A stretch of DNA of 64,000 nt from an uncultured Aliarcobacter sp. (GTDB lineage Bacteria; Campylobacterota; Campylobacteria; Campylobacterales; Arcobacteraceae), in contig OY781945.1 in the NCBI GenBank assembly GCA_963677435.1, forward strand, positions 2,688,001 through 2,752,000, written 5' to 3'. Positions 19,706 to 29,535 of this stretch are shown in pieces; position 1 is the stretch's first letter, and every line of letters begins with the position of its first letter. Position numbers and translations under genes: made by a program. A model generated the notes under the pieces. The model saw nothing but the letters and a program-made list of their open reading frames with translations, ran no database searches and had not been told where the DNA came from.

Positions 19706-22660
19706 TTATTTCTCGACCATCGTATAATGTAACTCTAAACCTTTTGAAGTTGAAACAAAACCATTTACATTTATAGTTCCATCATGTACCATTTTATGGT
19801 GTTCTTTACAAAGAGGAACTAGATTATATTTATGATTTGCATTTATATGTCCTATAAAGCCATCTTTATTTGCTCTGGCTTGCTCTTTTATATGATGAAC
19901 ATCATCACAAGCTCGTCCACAAATTATACAAGTTGAAGCAAACACATTGTTATTATATTTTGAAGTTTTTCTCTGAGTTAGTCTTTCAATTGAAGAGTAA
20001 TCATCTGTTAATTTTTTTCTTATTTCATTTGCAACAGATAAAAACTCTTTATCCATATGAAGTGATTTTGCATACTCTAAACCATACATAGAAGAACCAC
20101 TTCCATAGGCTAATTTTCTATCAAAAATAAGTTTATCTTCGTCATCTTTATACATAACTGATAGATGAAGTGCTATTATATTTTTTAGTTTAGCGATTTC
20201 TTCAATCTCAGGAAGTTGATGTAAGTGAGTTGCAAATACAAAAATAGCTTCTAACTTTGAAAGTTTTAAAATTGAACTAGCAACAATACTTAATCCACTC
20301 ATTGTTTCTGTACTATGTGAGATTTCATCTCCAAGAATTAAGGATTTTTTGCTTGCTCGATTAAATATATTTTTAAGTTCTAACATTTCAACAGCAAAAG
20401 ATGATAAACCTTTTGCAATATTATCAGCTCCTGAAATTCTAGTATAAACAGCATCAAATATTGAGAATCTCATAGAACGACAAGGCACATAAAATCCAGC
20501 TTGTGCCATAATTACAGAGATTCCAATTGCTTTCATAAGTGAAGATTTACCTGATGAGTTTATTCCATAGAGTAAAACTCCATGCATTTTATTGTCAAAG
20601 ATATTTATTGGATTTGAGTTTTTAATAATCACATTATCTTTGTACTCTTTAGAAGCCAGTGATAATTCACCTAAAATAATATCATTTGGAACATATATAC
20701 CTTGATCTTCATTTGCTTCAATAATTGGATGTCGTAAATCTATTAATTCTATAAAGTTTTCATTATCTTTTGTTTTTACAATTTTTGGGCAAGTATAATT
20801 ATATTTTTTTGCTGTTTTTATATTTGAAACTGTTAAGTCAACTTCTGCAATAAACTGCACTAATTCTTCAAGTAAAATTGCAAATTTTTTCTCAAATTCA
20901 AGAATTTTTTCTTTAAATACAAGTTTATTTAACTCTATTATTTTTCGTAAATTATGTACATATTTATCTGAAATATCTTCCGTTAATTTACAAAAGATCT
21001 TTACTGAATTTGTTTGAACTCTAATTTTAAAATCTTTAAATAAATATAATTCATCATCTACAATCAAGTGAGAATTCATAAGTTCTTCTTTGATTAAATT
21101 AAATCTATTTTTTGTTAAAGTAAGAAAAAAACCCTCTTTATCAAGTCTATTTATTCCAACATAGTTAACATCATCTGATTTAACATAAGATAAAATATGT
21201 TTTTGTAAAATCTCTAATTTTGAGTATAAAATATCATTTTGAGCATTTAGTTCATCAATTTGAGTATTTATTCCCTCACTAATCATATTTACTTCAACAT
21301 CTTTTAGCATATATTTTCCACTAATTGCTAAATCAAAAGTTGAATCAATAGATTGAATAAACAAGCTTAAATCAGCACTTGAACAAGGTGGCGTTATAAA
21401 CTTATAGTTTTCCATGAAAGTTACAACTTCTTTGATACTCAAAAGCGAATCGTATAGATAGTTTAATTCAAAAGGATGAAGTCTATTTAATTTTATTCTT
21501 CTTGTTAATCTTTCAATATCATAAATATTTGCCAACTCATTTTCAATTGGAGCATGATAATCATACAACTCTTTTGAAAGGGCAAGTCTTCGTAAAATCT
21601 CTTTACTATCTTTTACAGGATGAGTAAGTCGCTCTTTTAAAAGTCTTTTCCCCATAGCTGTTGAAGTGTTGTTTATTAGTTTTATTAAACTAGGATTGTG
21701 TGTTGTTTCTATTACATTTAATTGCTCTAAGGCATTATTTCCCAAATAAATATATCTGCTAACATCTAATTTTTGAGGAGTTGAGAGTTTTTGAACAATA
21801 TTTGAATCATGGCCTATTACAAAGTCAATTAACACAGCAAGTGATTCCGTACTAAGAGGAACTCTTTCCATATCAAGATGTTCAATTGAAGTTAAAAGTG
21901 ATTGAATATTAAATACATTTTTAAAAAGTTCATTTTGATAAGAGATTTTTGGTCTAAAATGTCCAATATGAAAGGTTTTTAAAGATAGTTCTAAATAATC
22001 AATAACCTCTTTTTGATTGATATTTTTATCAGCAAAAGTAACTATTATTTCATTTGTTTTGTGCATATTCATGTAATTAAATACTTCATCTAAAGCAAAG
22101 AATTTATCTTCACTTGTACCATGAACTTCATTGTAATAACACTTTCCTGTTGTTACATCAATAGCACTATAACCAACTAAATAGATTCCTCTTATTTGAT
22201 CAACTAAAAGTGAAGTTATATTGTTTTCATCTTGATTTAATACAAAATCAAAATTTGTTCCAGGACTTACAACAGTATCCAAATATCTTGTTACATTTGG
22301 AGGAACTCCTTTTTGTTTGATTAAAACAACTGTATATTTTTGCTCAGCGATTATTCGAGCAAGGTGTTTTTCTAGTGAGATTGCAGGAACTCCTGCCATT
22401 ATTGGATTTTCTTTTGAGTTTTCTAATATTGCTTTATTTTTTCTTGTTAATTGAATATTTAAAAGTTCAGCTATCTCTTTTGCTTTTCCAATTTTTTCAT
22501 CATCATTATTTACTTCATAAACTTCAAAAAAAGTCCCTATTTCCATAAGAACAACAGTATTTGCTCCATACTTTTTTTCAAACATTTTTTGAAGTTTGAA
22601 ATAGGTTATTGTTAATAAATCTTTTTTATTAGCTAAAAGTTCCGCTACTTCTTCTCTCAC
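19706..22660 (-). CDS. mutS: MutS-family ATPase with C-terminal HNH endonuclease domain (MutS7 type)
   Basis: Mismatch-binding IGTFFE; Walker A GINSSGKS; SSFAVEM; LGDE; C-terminal CIIC...HHI...NLVPLCKEHHKMVH. Confidence 0.9.
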   Translation of the reverse strand: MREEVAELLANKKDLLTITYFKLQKMFEKKYGANTVVLMEIGTFFEVYEVNNDDEKIGKAKEIAELLNIQLTRKNKAILENSKENPIMAGVPAISLEKHLARIIAEQKYTVVLIKQKGVPPNVTRYLDTVVSPGTNFDFVLNQDENNITSLLVDQIRGIYLVGYSAIDVTTGKCYYNEVHGTSEDKFFALDEVFNYMNMHKTNEIIVTFADKNINQKEVIDYLELSLKTFHIGHFRPKISYQNELFKNVFNIQSLLTSIEHLDMERVPLSTESLAVLIDFVIGHDSNIVQKLSTPQKLDVSRYIYLGNNALEQLNVIETTHNPSLIKLINNTSTAMGKRLLKERLTHPVKDSKEILRRLALSKELYDYHAPIENELANIYDIERLTRRIKLNRLHPFELNYLYDSLLSIKEVVTFMENYKFITPPCSSADLSLFIQSIDSTFDLAISGKYMLKDVEVNMISEGINTQIDELNAQNDILYSKLEILQKHILSYVKSDDVNYVGINRLDKEGFFLTLTKNRFNLIKEELMNSHLIVDDELYLFKDFKIRVQTNSVKIFCKLTEDISDKYVHNLRKIIELNKLVFKEKILEFEKKFAILLEELVQFIAEVDLTVSNIKTAKKYNYTCPKIVKTKDNENFIELIDLRHPIIEANEDQGIYVPNDIILGELSLASKEYKDNVIIKNSNPINIFDNKMHGVLLYGINSSGKSSLMKAIGISVIMAQAGFYVPCRSMRFSIFDAVYTRISGADNIAKGLSSFAVEMLELKNIFNRASKKSLILGDEISHSTETMSGLSIVASSILKLSKLEAIFVFATHLHQLPEIEEIAKLKNIIALHLSVMYKDDEDKLIFDRKLAYGSGSSMYGLEYAKSLHMDKEFLSVANEIRKKLTDDYSSIERLTQRKTSKYNNNVFASTCIICGRACDDVHHIKEQARANKDGFIGHINANHKYNLVPLCKEHHKMVHDGTINVNGFVSTSKGLELHYTMVEK

Positions 22661-23079
22661 TTAGACCTAACTCCTGTCCAATTTCTAATAAAAGTTCTCT
22701 CTTCTTTTGTTAAATCTGCATCTTCATGGGCAATTAAATAACTTTGTAAAGGCATTGCAACATAAACAGTTCTATATATTTCTTTTATTTTTTTCTCTTT
22801 ATCTTCTGCAGAATAATTTTCCCAAGTAGAAAAATTCAAGGCTTTTCTTCCCTCAATTACATGATTTGATATAGCCCAAGAAAAAGGTGCTATTTGAGAA
22901 TACCATGGCCAAACAGTCGTATTTGAATGACAATCAAAACAAGCTCTTTTAAAAATTTCCATTACTTTTGCATCTGCTTTAATTTCTAAGTTTTTTTGTG
23001 TTGCAATGTTTTCTCTTTGGGGACGAATAAACTGCATCACAACAAATATAATTAAAAATATTAATAAAGTTCTTTTCAT
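22657..23079 (-). CDS. Heme-binding domain protein (single CxxCH)
   Basis: ACFDCHSN..WPWY, LNFS.W and MP motifs; N-terminal hydrophobic anchor. Confidence 0.85.
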   Translation of the reverse strand: MKRTLLIFLIIFVVMQFIRPQRENIATQKNLEIKADAKVMEIFKRACFDCHSNTTVWPWYSQIAPFSWAISNHVIEGRKALNFSTWENYSAEDKEKKIKEIYRTVYVAMPLQSYLIAHEDADLTKEERTFIRNWTGVRSK

Positions 23080-23082
23080 TTT

Positions 23083-23418
23083 TTACTCACTCATCAAATT
23101 GTATGGTCTTTTTAACTCTTCTATAAATAAAGGAACACTCATATTTCTTCCATATCTTTTGAACTCTTTTGTATCAAAAAAAATTAAAGTTGTTGGAATT
23201 GAAAATATCATAAAATTCGCTGTTAACTCTTTATCTAAATCTGTTTTTACTTCAAAAAGCTCAAACTTTGGAAAAGTTTTTTGTATCTCTTGCTCGATTT
23301 TAGGCTTTAATACCTTACAAACAGAACAATTTTCACCTGAAAAATATACTAATATTGGATTTCCAGTATTTATACTATTTTGTAACTGTTTCAGATTGGC
23401 TATTTGTGTCAAAATCAT
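23083..23418 (-). CDS. Thioredoxin family protein
   Basis: CSVC active site, IPT cis-Pro loop; start ATG 23418 or TTG 23412 (GGAGG RBS). Confidence 0.85.
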   Translation of the reverse strand: MILTQIANLKQLQNSINTGNPILVYFSGENCSVCKVLKPKIEQEIQKTFPKFELFEVKTDLDKELTANFMIFSIPTTLIFFDTKEFKRYGRNMSVPLFIEELKRPYNLMSE

Positions 23419-25399
23419 CCTCCAATTCATCACCAACACATTTAATTGGGTCAGCTTTATTTATATTTACTTGATATGCTTTTTCTTTAAATATATCCTC
23501 TTTTGATAAAGAGATACCTTTCATATGAGAAAGAGGGAAAGCAAATGCTACACCTTTTCCTGTTGTTGTAATGTGAAGTGAATGAATAATTGATTTTATA
23601 ACTTCATTAACTAAATATCTAGGTAATAAAAACAATAACATAACATCATTTGCTTCAAAAGATGTTCTATAGAAATTTGCCATTTCTTCAAGTCCAATTC
23701 CATCTGCATTTAAAACTGTTACACCTGAAGCTCCTGCTCTATGAGCAGCTTGAATTGCTTCAAGTTTTTTATCGGCTGGAATAATAATTACAACTGCAGA
23801 GAACTCTAAAGATAAAGAGTGTCTAGTAGTTGAACCATCAATATTAACAGTTGCTAAATCCATATTCTCAGCATCAACTAAAGTATCATGTAATAAATCT
23901 TCTTGGGCAATTTGAGTATTTGATTTAACTTCTAGTTTCTCAATTAAAATTCCATATAACATTACAGTTATCATAGGAAATAATGAAGCAAATGCAATAA
24001 GACCAAATCCATCAATTAAAGGACTTCTACCTTCAATATTTGTAGCAAGTCCAATTCCAAGAGCCGCAACTAAAGGAACTGTTACTGTTGAAGTTGTAAC
24101 TCCTCCACTATCATAAGCGATTGGAATAATATATTTTGGAGCAATAAAAGTAAGAATTATTACAACAATATATCCTACAATAATATAATAGTGAATATGT
24201 CCACCATCAACTATTCTAAAAGCTCCTAAAGCAATACCAATGGCAACACCAAGAGCCACAAAAAGTCTTAGAGCAAAGTCATTGATTTTTCCATCACTTA
24301 TCTCTTTTGCTTTTTTTGCAATTGCCATAAGTGCTGGTTCTGCCATTGTTGTTGAAAAACCAATTGCAAAAGCAAAAGCATAAATCATTAAAACAGATTG
24401 AGATTTTGTAAGTTGGTATGCCATTGTTTCACCAAGTGAAAATAGTCCCATTTCCAGACCTAAAATGAAAGCATATAAACCAATAATTACTAAAATGAAT
24501 CCTAAAAATACTGTTTTAATATTATGAATATGTTTTTTTAACACTCCATATTGAAAAAATAGAATAATTGCCAAAATAGGAAATACATCTTTTAAAACAG
24601 AAGTTAAACCTTTTATTACACTGGGAATAGAAACAGTAGTTGGTACAGATACAACTGAATTAACAACTACATTTGCAACATCTTTTGCATCTACAAAATT
24701 ATAAACGGCTATCCCATATATTTGAACAAATATCATTGGTGTTAAAGAAGCGAAGGCGATAAGTCCAAATCCATCAATTACTGGGTTTCTTCCTTTTATA
24801 TTTGTTGCAAGTCCAATACCAAGAGCAGCAACTAAAGGAACAGTTACCGTTGAAGTAGTCACTCCACCTAAATCGTATGATAATCCAATAATTTCAGGAG
24901 GTGCAAAAAAGGTAATTGATACAACTATTAAATATCCAGCGATAATATAATAGTGAATTGCATGACCTTTTATAATTCTAAAAACACCTAAAAGAATAGC
25001 GAAACCAACAGAACCTGCAACAACAAATCTAAGAATATTTGAATCAATTCTTCCACTTGAAATTGAAGCTGCTTTATCTGCAATTACTGCAAGTGCTGGT
25101 TCTGCAATGGTTGTACCAAAACCTATTAAAAATCCAAAAATTAAAATCCATGTTGTCCAACCTGATTTTGCAAAATCTCGAGCTAAACCTTCACCAACAG
25201 GAAAAATTCCAATTTCTAGACCTTGCAAAAATATAGCAAGTCCAACACCTACAATTCCTAATCCAATAGCAGTTCCAACCCAACCTTCTGGTACAGTTTG
25301 AATAATAGCTAATTGAAAAAAAAGTATTACTATTATAATTGGAAGTAAATCTCGGAAAGATTCTCTCAAAAGCTTTAAAAAAAAGTTAAACTGCATCAT
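23375..25399 (-). CDS. Tandem DUF1538 membrane domains fused to a C-terminal PII-like domain
   Basis: Two repeats of TT.AEPAL...YD.GGVTTSTVTVPLVAALGIGLA; C-terminal AGASGVTVLNADG...GKGVAFAFPL. Confidence 0.85.
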   Translation of the reverse strand: MMQFNFFLKLLRESFRDLLPIIIVILFFQLAIIQTVPEGWVGTAIGLGIVGVGLAIFLQGLEIGIFPVGEGLARDFAKSGWTTWILIFGFLIGFGTTIAEPALAVIADKAASISSGRIDSNILRFVVAGSVGFAILLGVFRIIKGHAIHYYIIAGYLIVVSITFFAPPEIIGLSYDLGGVTTSTVTVPLVAALGIGLATNIKGRNPVIDGFGLIAFASLTPMIFVQIYGIAVYNFVDAKDVANVVVNSVVSVPTTVSIPSVIKGLTSVLKDVFPILAIILFFQYGVLKKHIHNIKTVFLGFILVIIGLYAFILGLEMGLFSLGETMAYQLTKSQSVLMIYAFAFAIGFSTTMAEPALMAIAKKAKEISDGKINDFALRLFVALGVAIGIALGAFRIVDGGHIHYYIIVGYIVVIILTFIAPKYIIPIAYDSGGVTTSTVTVPLVAALGIGLATNIEGRSPLIDGFGLIAFASLFPMITVMLYGILIEKLEVKSNTQIAQEDLLHDTLVDAENMDLATVNIDGSTTRHSLSLEFSAVVIIIPADKKLEAIQAAHRAGASGVTVLNADGIGLEEMANFYRTSFEANDVMLLFLLPRYLVNEVIKSIIHSLHITTTGKGVAFAFPLSHMKGISLSKEDIFKEKAYQVNINKADPIKCVGDELEDDFDTNSQSETVTK

Positions 25400-26100
25400 G
25401 AATTAATATCCACCCCTTTTATATATTTATTAAACTTATCTAAATTTTCTCTATGTCCAATTGCTACTAAAGTATCTCCAATATCAATCTTATGATTTTT
25501 ATAAAATGAATTAAATATAAAATCATTACTCAACTCTTTATCAGTAAGTCCAATTATAATAATATTAAATTCTTTACTAAAATCAAAATCATTTAGATAT
25601 TTACCGTCTAAATATGAACCTTGCATTATTGTAAATTCTTCAATATTTAATAATGAGTCACCAAAAAGTATTTCATCTAAAACATGAGAAATAATTGGTT
25701 TTTCTAATAATCTAAACATTCTTAGAGCACCAATTTCATAAGGATTAATAATCTTCGTAGCACCAGCTAAAAGCATTTTTTTACTATCTTGTTTACTACT
25801 AGCTTTTGATATAATTTTAATATTTTTATTCAAATTTCTGGCTGAAAGTGTAACAAAAAAGTTATTATTTGAAGAATCACTTACACAATAAAATGCTTTT
25901 ACATTATTTTCAATTCCAATATCTATTAACTCTTCATCCAATAATAACTCTTTATTAAAAGCATTAAAACCATCTAAAATAGCTTTATTATAATTATCTT
26001 CATCATAATCAACTATAATTATTTCATATTTAGATTTTTTTAAACTATTTGCAATTTTACTTCCTAGATTACTATATCCATAAATTATTACTTTTGACAT
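25396..26100 (-). CDS. Soluble TrkA/RCK (N+C) potassium-transport regulatory protein
   Basis: N-terminal GYSNLG Rossmann-like motif; LSARNLN; AGATKIINPY. Confidence 0.85.
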   Translation of the reverse strand: MSKVIIYGYSNLGSKIANSLKKSKYEIIIVDYDEDNYNKAILDGFNAFNKELLLDEELIDIGIENNVKAFYCVSDSSNNNFFVTLSARNLNKNIKIISKASSKQDSKKMLLAGATKIINPYEIGALRMFRLLEKPIISHVLDEILFGDSLLNIEEFTIMQGSYLDGKYLNDFDFSKEFNIIIIGLTDKELSNDFIFNSFYKNHKIDIGDTLVAIGHRENLDKFNKYIKGVDINS

Positions 26101-26101
26101 A

Positions 26102-27664
26102 TTAAACCCTAAAATCTAAATTAATTAAATCTGATTTCAGTTGTGAAATAGAAGCTTTAAAACCAATAAGAATTAAAATATCATCTTTTTGAACTATATA
26201 ATCAATATTTGTTGGATTAAAAATAAAGTTATTCATGTTAGATAAATTTATAACTCCTAAAAGGGTCAAATTATAATTTTTGAAATCAACTAAATTTATA
26301 TTTTTTCCTAAAATTCTTGAATTATCAAGTATTTCAACTTCATCAATAATAACATCAAAATCTTTATTTAATAAAATTCCATCTATTGCTTCAAAAGCAA
26401 CAGGTTGCCCTAAATATTCAGAAGCAACAAATGCAGATACATCATTAAATATTATTGTTTGATCAACTCCTGCAATATCAAATTTTTTCCTAGAATTACC
26501 ATTATTTACCCTCGAAATTATCTTAATATTATCATTTAATGCCCTAGCACTTAAAACAATAGATAGATTTACAGCATCATCATTTGTCAAAGCTATGACA
26601 GAATTTGCACCTTTATTTATTCCCATTATTTCTAGTGTTTGCATATTTGTAGCATCAGCATGAATTGCTAAATAATTTAGATTTTTCGCACTATTTACAA
26701 TCTCTTTGTCATTATCAATTATTATAAACTTTTTCCCAATACTTAATAACTCTTCACAAAAATATCGTCCCATCATTCCAAAACCACATACAATAACAAA
26801 ATCTTTCATTTTTGAAGTTTCAGATTGAACTCTATTTTCTTTTATAATTTCCATTCTATCAGATAAACCAGTTGTAATAATAGAAGTTCCAAAAGCAATT
26901 ACCAAAAAACTAGAAACTACAAGAACCAAAGTTACAAGTTTCCCCTCAATCGTTATTGGAACAACATCACCATAACCAACAGTTGAAATGGTAATAATTG
27001 ACCAATAAACAGCATCAAAAAAAGTAACAATATTCGGATTTACACCCTCTGGCCCTTCATATAAAAAAATAACAGTTGAAGAAAAAAATACAACAGTTAT
27101 ATATAAAAGCCCTAGAGTAAATAGTTCAAATTTTCTTTCTTTAAATACTTGTAAAAATTCTTTCAGTGAATTTGCATATCTTAAAATTTTAAATAATCTA
27201 AAAATTAGAAGAATTCTTAAAAGTCTTAAAGGTCTGTAGTAAGGTAAAATGGCTAGTAAATCAACTATTGCCATGGGAGAAAGTATAAAATCTATTTTCT
27301 TTGAGATTATCTTTTTTATTGATTTGGTGATTTTGTATTTTTTATTTAAAAGTTGATATTTTTCATAATCATCTAATATTATTTTGTGCATATCAGAACT
27401 AATCCATAATCGACCTATATACTCAATAGCAAAAATAATAACAGCAAAAAGTTCATAATCATTTAATATTCTTAAATTTTTATGATTAACTTCAAATATC
27501 AAGATTCCAATAGTACTTAGAACTAAAAAAATCATCGCTGTATCAAAATATTTTTTATATTTATAAGAATTATTTTCTAATATATTATATGTAAATTCTT
27601 TAAAACTTTTATATTTTATAGATGTTTCTAGTTTATAGGCTAAGGCTATTATATATTTAGTCAT
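26102..27664 (-). CDS. Six-TM potassium channel with RCK domains
   Basis: TVGYGD selectivity filter; Arg-rich S4 (RPLRLLRILLIFRLFKILR); CGFGMMG RCK motif. Confidence 0.92.
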   Translation of the reverse strand: MTKYIIALAYKLETSIKYKSFKEFTYNILENNSYKYKKYFDTAMIFLVLSTIGILIFEVNHKNLRILNDYELFAVIIFAIEYIGRLWISSDMHKIILDDYEKYQLLNKKYKITKSIKKIISKKIDFILSPMAIVDLLAILPYYRPLRLLRILLIFRLFKILRYANSLKEFLQVFKERKFELFTLGLLYITVVFFSSTVIFLYEGPEGVNPNIVTFFDAVYWSIITISTVGYGDVVPITIEGKLVTLVLVVSSFLVIAFGTSIITTGLSDRMEIIKENRVQSETSKMKDFVIVCGFGMMGRYFCEELLSIGKKFIIIDNDKEIVNSAKNLNYLAIHADATNMQTLEIMGINKGANSVIALTNDDAVNLSIVLSARALNDNIKIISRVNNGNSRKKFDIAGVDQTIIFNDVSAFVASEYLGQPVAFEAIDGILLNKDFDVIIDEVEILDNSRILGKNINLVDFKNYNLTLLGVINLSNMNNFIFNPTNIDYIVQKDDILILIGFKASISQLKSDLINLDFRV

Positions 27665-27704
27665 AGGAAACTAATGTAAAGTAGTTTTACTACTTTACAC
27701 TTTA

Positions 27705-29258
27705 TTAGATTTGGTGTTCACTATTTTTAGACAATCTTTCTTTTTGAGAAAGGTAAGAGTTTAAAGCTCCTAAATATGCCTTAGCAGTTGCAAGCATTGT
27801 ATCAATGCTTAATCCATGTCCAACAAATGAAGGACTTGTTTGATCAAAAGAAACTCTTGTTGTAACTTTAGCAAGGGCATCTTTTCCTTCTGTTACTGAA
27901 GTTACTTTATAATCTTTTAATTCCCCTGTATAACCTGTTAATCTATCAATTGTTTTAAAAATTGCATCCATAGTTCCATCACCAATAGCTGCATCTCTAA
28001 TTACTTCATCTTTATATTTAATAGCAACAGCTGCTGTTGGAACACCTGCCGTACAATCAGATATTTGTAATCCTACTAATTCAAAAGTTTTATCTTGATT
28101 TAATGACTCATCAGTAATTAACATTCTAATATCATCATCTGTAACATCTTTTTTCTTATCAGCTAAGTTTTTGAATTTTTCAAATGCAGAGTTTAACTCT
28201 TCATCACTTACTTTATCAAATCCTAAATGAACAATTTTATCTCTAAATGCTGCTCGACCTGAGTGTTTTCCTAAGATTAAAGTAGATTCTTTAAATACTC
28301 CAACATCTTCAGGTTTCATAATTTCATAAGTTTCTTGATGTTTTAAAACACCATCTTGATGAATTCCACTCTCATGTGAGAATGCATTTTTACCAACAAT
28401 CGCTTTATTTTGTTGTGGTTCAACACCAGTTACAGTTGCCACTAATCTTGAAGTTGCATAAATTTCAGGTGTATTAATAGTTGTATATAAATCACCAAAA
28501 GCATCTCTTCGTGTTTTAATTGCCATTACTGCTTCTTCTAAAGCTGAATTTCCAGCTCTCTCACCTAATCCATTTATTGTAACTTCTATTTGTCTAGCAC
28601 CATTTAAAACAGCTGCTAATGTATTAGCAGTTGCTAATCCTAAATCATTATGATTATGAACAGAAATAATTGCTCTATCTCCTGCATATGCACTTAATTC
28701 TTTAACCATTGCACCTAATTCAGTTGGTAATCTATATCCTACAGTATCAGGTAAATTAATAGTTCTAGCACCTGCATTTATAACAGCATCCATAACTTCT
28801 TTCATAAATGGAATTTCACTTCTTCCTGCATCTTCTAAAGAGAACTCAACATCATCAACAAATGTTCTTGCATATTCAACTGCATGAATTGCTCTTTTTA
28901 TAACTTCTTCTTCACTCATTTTTAATTTATATTTCATATGTATTGGTGAAGTGGCAATAAAAGTATGAATTCTATGTTTTTGAGCATGTCTAACAGCTAA
29001 TCCAGCTTGTTTAATATCATTATCAATTGCTCTTGCAAGTGAGCAAATACTTGAGTTTTTAACTATCTCTGCAATTCTGCTAACTGCGTCAAAATCTCCA
29101 GGGCTTGCTGCTGCAAATCCAGCTTCTATAACATCTACACCTAATTTTTCTAATTGTAAAGCTATTTTAATTTTTTCTTCAGTGTTCATAGAACAGCCAG
29201 GACTTTGTTCACCATCTCTTAATGTTGTATCAAATACTATAATTTTATTTTTATCCAT
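27705..29258 (-). CDS. leuA: 2-isopropylmalate synthase
   Basis: [38 protein letters not shown]. Confidence 0.98.
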   Translation of the reverse strand: MDKNKIIVFDTTLRDGEQSPGCSMNTEEKIKIALQLEKLGVDVIEAGFAAASPGDFDAVSRIAEIVKNSSICSLARAIDNDIKQAGLAVRHAQKHRIHTFIATSPIHMKYKLKMSEEEVIKRAIHAVEYARTFVDDVEFSLEDAGRSEIPFMKEVMDAVINAGARTINLPDTVGYRLPTELGAMVKELSAYAGDRAIISVHNHNDLGLATANTLAAVLNGARQIEVTINGLGERAGNSALEEAVMAIKTRRDAFGDLYTTINTPEIYATSRLVATVTGVEPQQNKAIVGKNAFSHESGIHQDGVLKHQETYEIMKPEDVGVFKESTLILGKHSGRAAFRDKIVHLGFDKVSDEELNSAFEKFKNLADKKKDVTDDDIRMLITDESLNQDKTFELVGLQISDCTAGVPTAAVAIKYKDEVIRDAAIGDGTMDAIFKTIDRLTGYTGELKDYKVTSVTEGKDALAKVTTRVSFDQTSPSFVGHGLSIDTMLATAKAYLGALNSYLSQKERLSKNSEHQI

Positions 29259-29363
29259 TATATTAACCTTTTAAAATGTTATTTATTATATCTTTTTTTA
29301 AATAAAAAAAGAAAAACTGTGTTTTGATTATTTTGTTGTGATTGTAATTATAAAAATTTATAA

Positions 29364-29441
29364 TTAGAGAGAAAAAGAAAGAAGCAGAAGAGAGTTTACA
29401 CTTTTGATGAAATGGTTATTATAAAAATTAAATATTTTCAT
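29364..29441 (-). CDS. Putative leucine leader peptide, 25 aa (MKIFNFYNNHFIKSVNSLLLLSFSL)
   Basis: AAGGAG RBS; CTT-CTG-CTT-CTT Leu run; lies between a sigma70 promoter and leuA. Confidence 0.75.
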   Translation of the reverse strand: MKIFNFYNNHFIKSVNSLLLLSFSL

Positions 29442-29473
29442 ATATCTCTCCTTGTTTTGTTTTAAAGTGTTTA

Positions 29474-29502
29474 AGTATAATTAATAAATTTTCATTTGTC
29501 AA
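29474..29502 (-). promoter_or_regulatory. Sigma70 promoter of the leader-leuA unit
   Basis: TTGACA (29497-29502), 17-bp spacer, TATACT (29474-29479) on the minus strand. Confidence 0.75.
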
Positions 29503-29504
29503 TA

Positions 29505-29535
29505 GAAAAAATAGAGTTTTGAAAAAAACTCTATT
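29505..29535 (-). terminator. Intrinsic terminator after the sensor kinase
   Basis: AATAGAGTTTT-GAAA-AAAACTCTATT stem with a T run on the minus strand. Confidence 0.6.

Noticed and set aside
22657..23079. Heme-binding protein as the QHNDH electron acceptor
   Set aside because: Separated from the cluster by mutS and part of a different operon; no supporting link
23006..23506. 166-aa + strand ORF
   Set aside because: Antisense to three supported genes (heme protein, thioredoxin, DUF1538 end)
27675..27699. Hairpin TGTAAAGTAG-TTTTA-CTACTTTACA after leuA as an intrinsic terminator
   Set aside because: No clear U tract on the coding strand and the next gene starts about 10 nt later; role ambiguous
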